A stretch of DNA of 64,000 nucleotides from Phyllosticta citribraziliensis (lineage: Eukaryota): positions 1,860,001-1,924,000 of the forward strand of contig NW_027117345.1 of NCBI RefSeq assembly GCF_038025025.1, read 5' to 3'. The position numbers were made by a program, and so were the translations under genes. The first letter of the stretch is position 1, and each line of letters opens with the position of its first letter. Of this stretch, positions 59,969 through 64,000 are shown piece by piece. A model generated the notes under the pieces. It had not been told where the DNA came from. It made no database searches and saw nothing but the letters and a program-made list of their open reading frames with translations.

Positions 59969-61746
59969 TTACAAGCACATGGCAAGAACACGCTCACAAA
60001 CGGCATCGAGCTTGGCGGTGGCGCGCTCGAAGCGATGTTGCTGCTGCTCGGGGGTCTCGTTGTTCAGGGTGACCTCAACACGAGCAAAGGCCTTCTCAGG
60101 AGCAATGTGACCAAAGAGAGATCCCGTGTTAGAGACAGACGAGGGAGCGGGAGAGTTGTAGTAGAGGGCAAAGTCCGGGTTGCCGTCATCGACCTCCTCA
60201 ACTTCGGCAGGCTTGTTGGCGACCGGCTTCTCCGAGACAATCTCGGGGCGCTCGATGACCGGGTAGTCGGCCTTGACAGTGTCCTCGACGGGAGAAAAGA
60301 TGGAGGAGCTGCCCTTGCCAGAGAGACCCTCCAAATCAAAGGGGTTGGTAGGACCCTCGGGGAGCTCAAGGACGGCATAGATTTGAGGCTGGTTGAAGTT
60401 GAACCCGCTGCCAGGGAAGTAGTTGACGTTGTTGTTGTTCATGTCATAGGACATGGCTGACTGCTCGGGAATCATCGACATGCCCATCTGAGAGGAGCTC
60501 TCGTGCGAAGACTCCTTGATCATGGGTGGGGCCGTGTTGAAGTTTTGCTGGACCGGTGCCTGAGTGGCAGGAGCGGCCGGCATCTTCGTGGGCGCGTTCA
60601 AGGCAGGGTCGCGGCTAAGCTCCTCAAGGAACGGCACAAAAGCCTGGTGGCGGAGCAGGCGCTCAATAAAGGCCTGCGAGCGGGCGTTCTCTTCCTGGAG
60701 TGCGCGGTTCTCAATGCGCAGTTCATTAGCCTCGTTGCTCTTGGCCGCAACTTCGCCCTCGAGCTGCGAAATGTACTCTACACCATGTTAGCGAATGAAG
60801 ACGTCATGGGGCAAACGAACTACATACCCTTTCTCCTGGAACGGAAAGCACGCGCAGACACCTTGTTGCGAAGCTGGCGGCGCTCCTTGCTGCTGAGTTT
60901 CTTTCCTTCTTCGCTGGCGAGGAGTCTCTCATCCTCATCCATCTCTTCCTCGTCCTTCTTCATCTTGACAATGTGCGGAAGAACGCTGTTGCCGTTCGCA
61001 TCCGTCTGCTGAGATTGCAGGATGCTGTTTTGGCGGATCTGGTTGACGACGCGCGCAATGGTTTCTTCGGTGCGCGCATCGGTAAATTGAGCGGATTTTC
61101 TTTGCGCATGTTGGCGACCGTGCTGTTGTTGCTGCTGTTGCTGATGTTGGTGCTGCTGCTGGAGCAGCTGCTGTTGTCTCTGTTGCTGGGCCTGCGCCTG
61201 CGCCTTGGCCGCGAGAGCAGCTTGTTGCTGATGCATACCCGGGAAGAATCGGACGTTCTGCTGCGACTGCTGCTGGATGTTGTGAGGGTCGACAAAGTCG
61301 TCTTTTTGCGCGCTCTCTCCGCCGTAGAAGAATGCAGGCATGGGGCCGGAGTTGCCCATGTTGGTGTCCATGTCCAGGTCGCCCCATCCATCGTCAAAGC
61401 CCAGGCCGGAGTTGCTAAAGTTGAAGGATTCGCGCGAGGGCTGGTTCATGGAGGGCATTTGGATGCCCGGAAGAGAGCCAGTGGGCAATCCGGTCTGTTG
61501 CTTGAAAAGCTCATACTCGTGACTCGGCTTGGCGGGAGTTTGGTGGTCGTCGGCCTGGTCGAGAGGAAGGATGCTGTTGGTGGGGCTGGCCATGGTCGAG
61601 GCGACTGTTGAGGGGGCCATTTGCGAAGAGCTCGCAGGAGCCGGGGACTGGATAGCATTGAAGTCGACCAGACTGTCCATGTCCGGGTCGAAGCATTGGT
61701 TGGTGAAGGACTGGTAGCCCATGGGCTGGGCCGCGATGGTAGACAT
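59969..61746 (-). CDS. bZIP transcription factor (Pezizomycotina LziP/Zif1/ADA-1-like type), 2 exons
   Basis: Intron 60778-60827 joins LSSKERRQLRNKVSARAFRSRRK to EYISQLEGEVAAKSNEANELRIENRALQEENAR (basic region + zipper). Gln-rich region upstream. Subfamily assignment is from memory and unverified. Confidence 0.9.
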
Positions 61747-64000
61747 GACGGCGGATGTGAGGGGGGGCGTGGAGAGAGGAGTGGAGGGCGAAAAGATCGC
61801 AAAGGCCGGGGGAGGAAGTTGGTGTTTTGATGGAGGAGAGGTAGGTCGTTCGGGTCCCCGGGGTCGCGGGCAGGCAGGCAGTGAGAAAGCGTCGTCAGCG
61901 TTCTATTTTGGGAACGAGCTGGCGGCTTGGCCTGGGAGCGAGGGCGAGCAGAGCGATGCGATGCGATGCGATGCGATGGGGATTAACGAGCGGAGTGATT
62001 CGGAGTTGGTGGGCGACGGCGTAGGTGTCGTCGCTAGCGGGTTCAGGAGGGTTGCAGTCGAAGTAGTATGTATGGAGTGGGTTGGGTGAAGATGAGGGAG
62101 CAGGCGGTAATGGCTGGGGGCGGGGCCCAAAGGGTTTTGTCGCTGCTGAGTTTCAGGGCTGCGCCTCGCTCGCTCAATCATCTCGGCTCCTCGCCCGCCT
62201 TGGCTCCTCTCACCCCGAATTGGTCTCTCCTCCGCTGGCGCTCTACCGATCCGCCGTCCTCTCCACTGCACCGGCACCTCTCTCGCACTTGTGCAAATGC
62301 CGAACCACTGCTTGACGCCTCCAGACCCAGGGACGACACGCTGTCTCTCTCTCTCTGACTGTCCGCTAGCCATCGCTACGACTAGCCTTTTTCTCTGTGC
62401 CTTCACGCTGCACACGCAATCACTGCTTATCCAACCGCCAAACTTTAACCCGCCCGTCTTACACTAAGCATCCCACGACAGCATCGCCCAAGTCGTGCTG
62501 AACTTTGTCCCTTTGAGCCACGCCACAATCACGCCCATGCTGTGTCTGGAGCCTCCACATTCGGATCTGCTCGCCGAAATCCAGGTGGAGAAGGAAAGAG
62601 ACGGACCTCCTTGACCCATCGTCCACTGCCTCCTCCACCAGCTGCTTGCAACACTAGACGTCGACCATCCAAAGGCCAAAAGCATGAAACGGCCAGTCGA
62701 TTCAAGACCGTATCGGCGCTGAGTTCAGCGGCTTTGCTGACTTCGCCATCATACTTCGGCCGACCTGGCGTCGGCTCGGAGATAGGCTTCAAGCCAGTCA
62801 ACTCTTACAGCACGCCGACCTTGCTTTGGGCCGTCAGCGGCTCACGTTGCTGGGAACCTTGGCCGACGCAAAAAAGACACGAGCAAAAAGGAGAGCCCTG
62901 CAGGCCTTACGGAGGCCATCGTCAACTAACCGCTCCGTCATCTGTCACGCCACAGCGACTGGCAGACGCTGACTTTTTTTTTTTTTTTGCCTCTTCCACT
63001 TGACAAGCACTTGGCAGGTTGGCCCTCACATACTTTCTCCCGCCATTTTCTGAAAAATGAACGCTGTCGGTGTCTACCCGGAATGTAGACTTGTCCAAAG
63101 TTTGTGCCCAATGTGAGGAGGCAGACTTGGAAAGTTGCTCAGCCACATCCAAAACACTCAAATTACTTGAGCACCGGGCATGCTGGACAAAGACTGTGGT
63201 TGCACACGTACGCGTCCATTGTTGCACTGCTGCGGCATCGCCTTCTCCTACGCTTTGAGGCTTCTCCGACCATGACCTGAATCTCTTCTATCCAGTTGCC
63301 CTGCAGCACAGCCGCTTTCGTAGGCGGCTCGGCTCGATTTCTGCTTCGGGTAGCCGGCATCCGCCACTAGGCCTCCTACAAACGGCCGTACTTTGCGGCT
63401 TCGTGCTCAAGGGAGGCATGTACAAATGGTGTTGAAAGCCGGTTACAATTGCAGCTTGACGCTTCAGCCCAGGCGATTGTCGATATTTGACAGCAGTAGA
63501 CGTCAACGTGGCACTCGTCTCAAAAACAGTTTTCTGGCTGTGCTCCGCCTGGCTGCGGGGTGAGCTGGCCCATATTATACGTACAAGGGAATTCGCTTAC
63601 GACGCCTCTGTTGTCGGGAGGGCAACAGGAACAACAGTCAGCCATCATCCGTGTCCCTCACCACCCGATCCTCGTCTTGCCGTCACTTTTCGTCCAGCAA
63701 CAAATCTCAGTCGGACCTGCGGCAATGCCGAACCAGCCTCGGAGTTTCCTTCCCCCCAAAAGCCACCATTGAAAAAAAAACTTTCTTTCCAACACAAGCT
63801 TCGGCGTTTTGTCAAAATTGAAAAGCCTTAAACAAGAGGGAACGTGCTCTTGGACTATAGGCAGGCTAACACCCTACTGGCAGGTGGATGCAGGTCCATC
63901 CTTCTAGAACCACAAGAGCAGTTCTGGTCCTCTCCCGGCTTTGCATTCCGGAGGGAAGAAACTCCTTGATGTCCTCCTTGTCGCTCCGACGACCCTTGCA

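Overview
Eukaryotic DNA from a filamentous ascomycete (Pezizomycotina; short GT-AG introns with CTRAC branch sites, microsatellite-rich intergenic DNA). I assembled the spliced gene models by hand from splice signals and conserved protein motifs. In order: S10 serine carboxypeptidase (+), a 659-aa hypothetical protein (-), HP1/Swi6 chromo+chromoshadow protein (-), CCT5 (+), a 13-exon CCCH/CHY zinc-finger gene (-), an Mks1-like DUF1752/DUF3295 regulator (-), a small orphan ORF (-), an OPT oligopeptide transporter (+), RCM1/NSUN5 (-), a coiled-coil protein (+), an accessory island (multi-Cys GATA-like finger ORF, a decayed pseudogene, a BTB-like gene), RPS5 (-), a divergent DDRGK1/UFBP1-like membrane protein (-), tRNase Z (-) and a bZIP factor (-). 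Most notable: (1) a cryptic DDRGK1-like protein in a lineage thought to lack UFMylation; (2) very long introns (2.1 kb, 1.1 kb, 615 bp, 301 bp) in the 3' ends of two convergent genes, plus an 8-nt microexon; (3) a run of five adjacent + strand hairpins at 41.87-42.26 kb suggesting an unannotated structured RNA; (4) a ~180-190 bp diverged direct repeat bracketing the orphan+OPT block; (5) a tRNase Z mitochondrial-type presequence with no in-frame AUG. No tRNA, rRNA, CRISPR array or intact transposon was recognised. No searches or folding programs were run.
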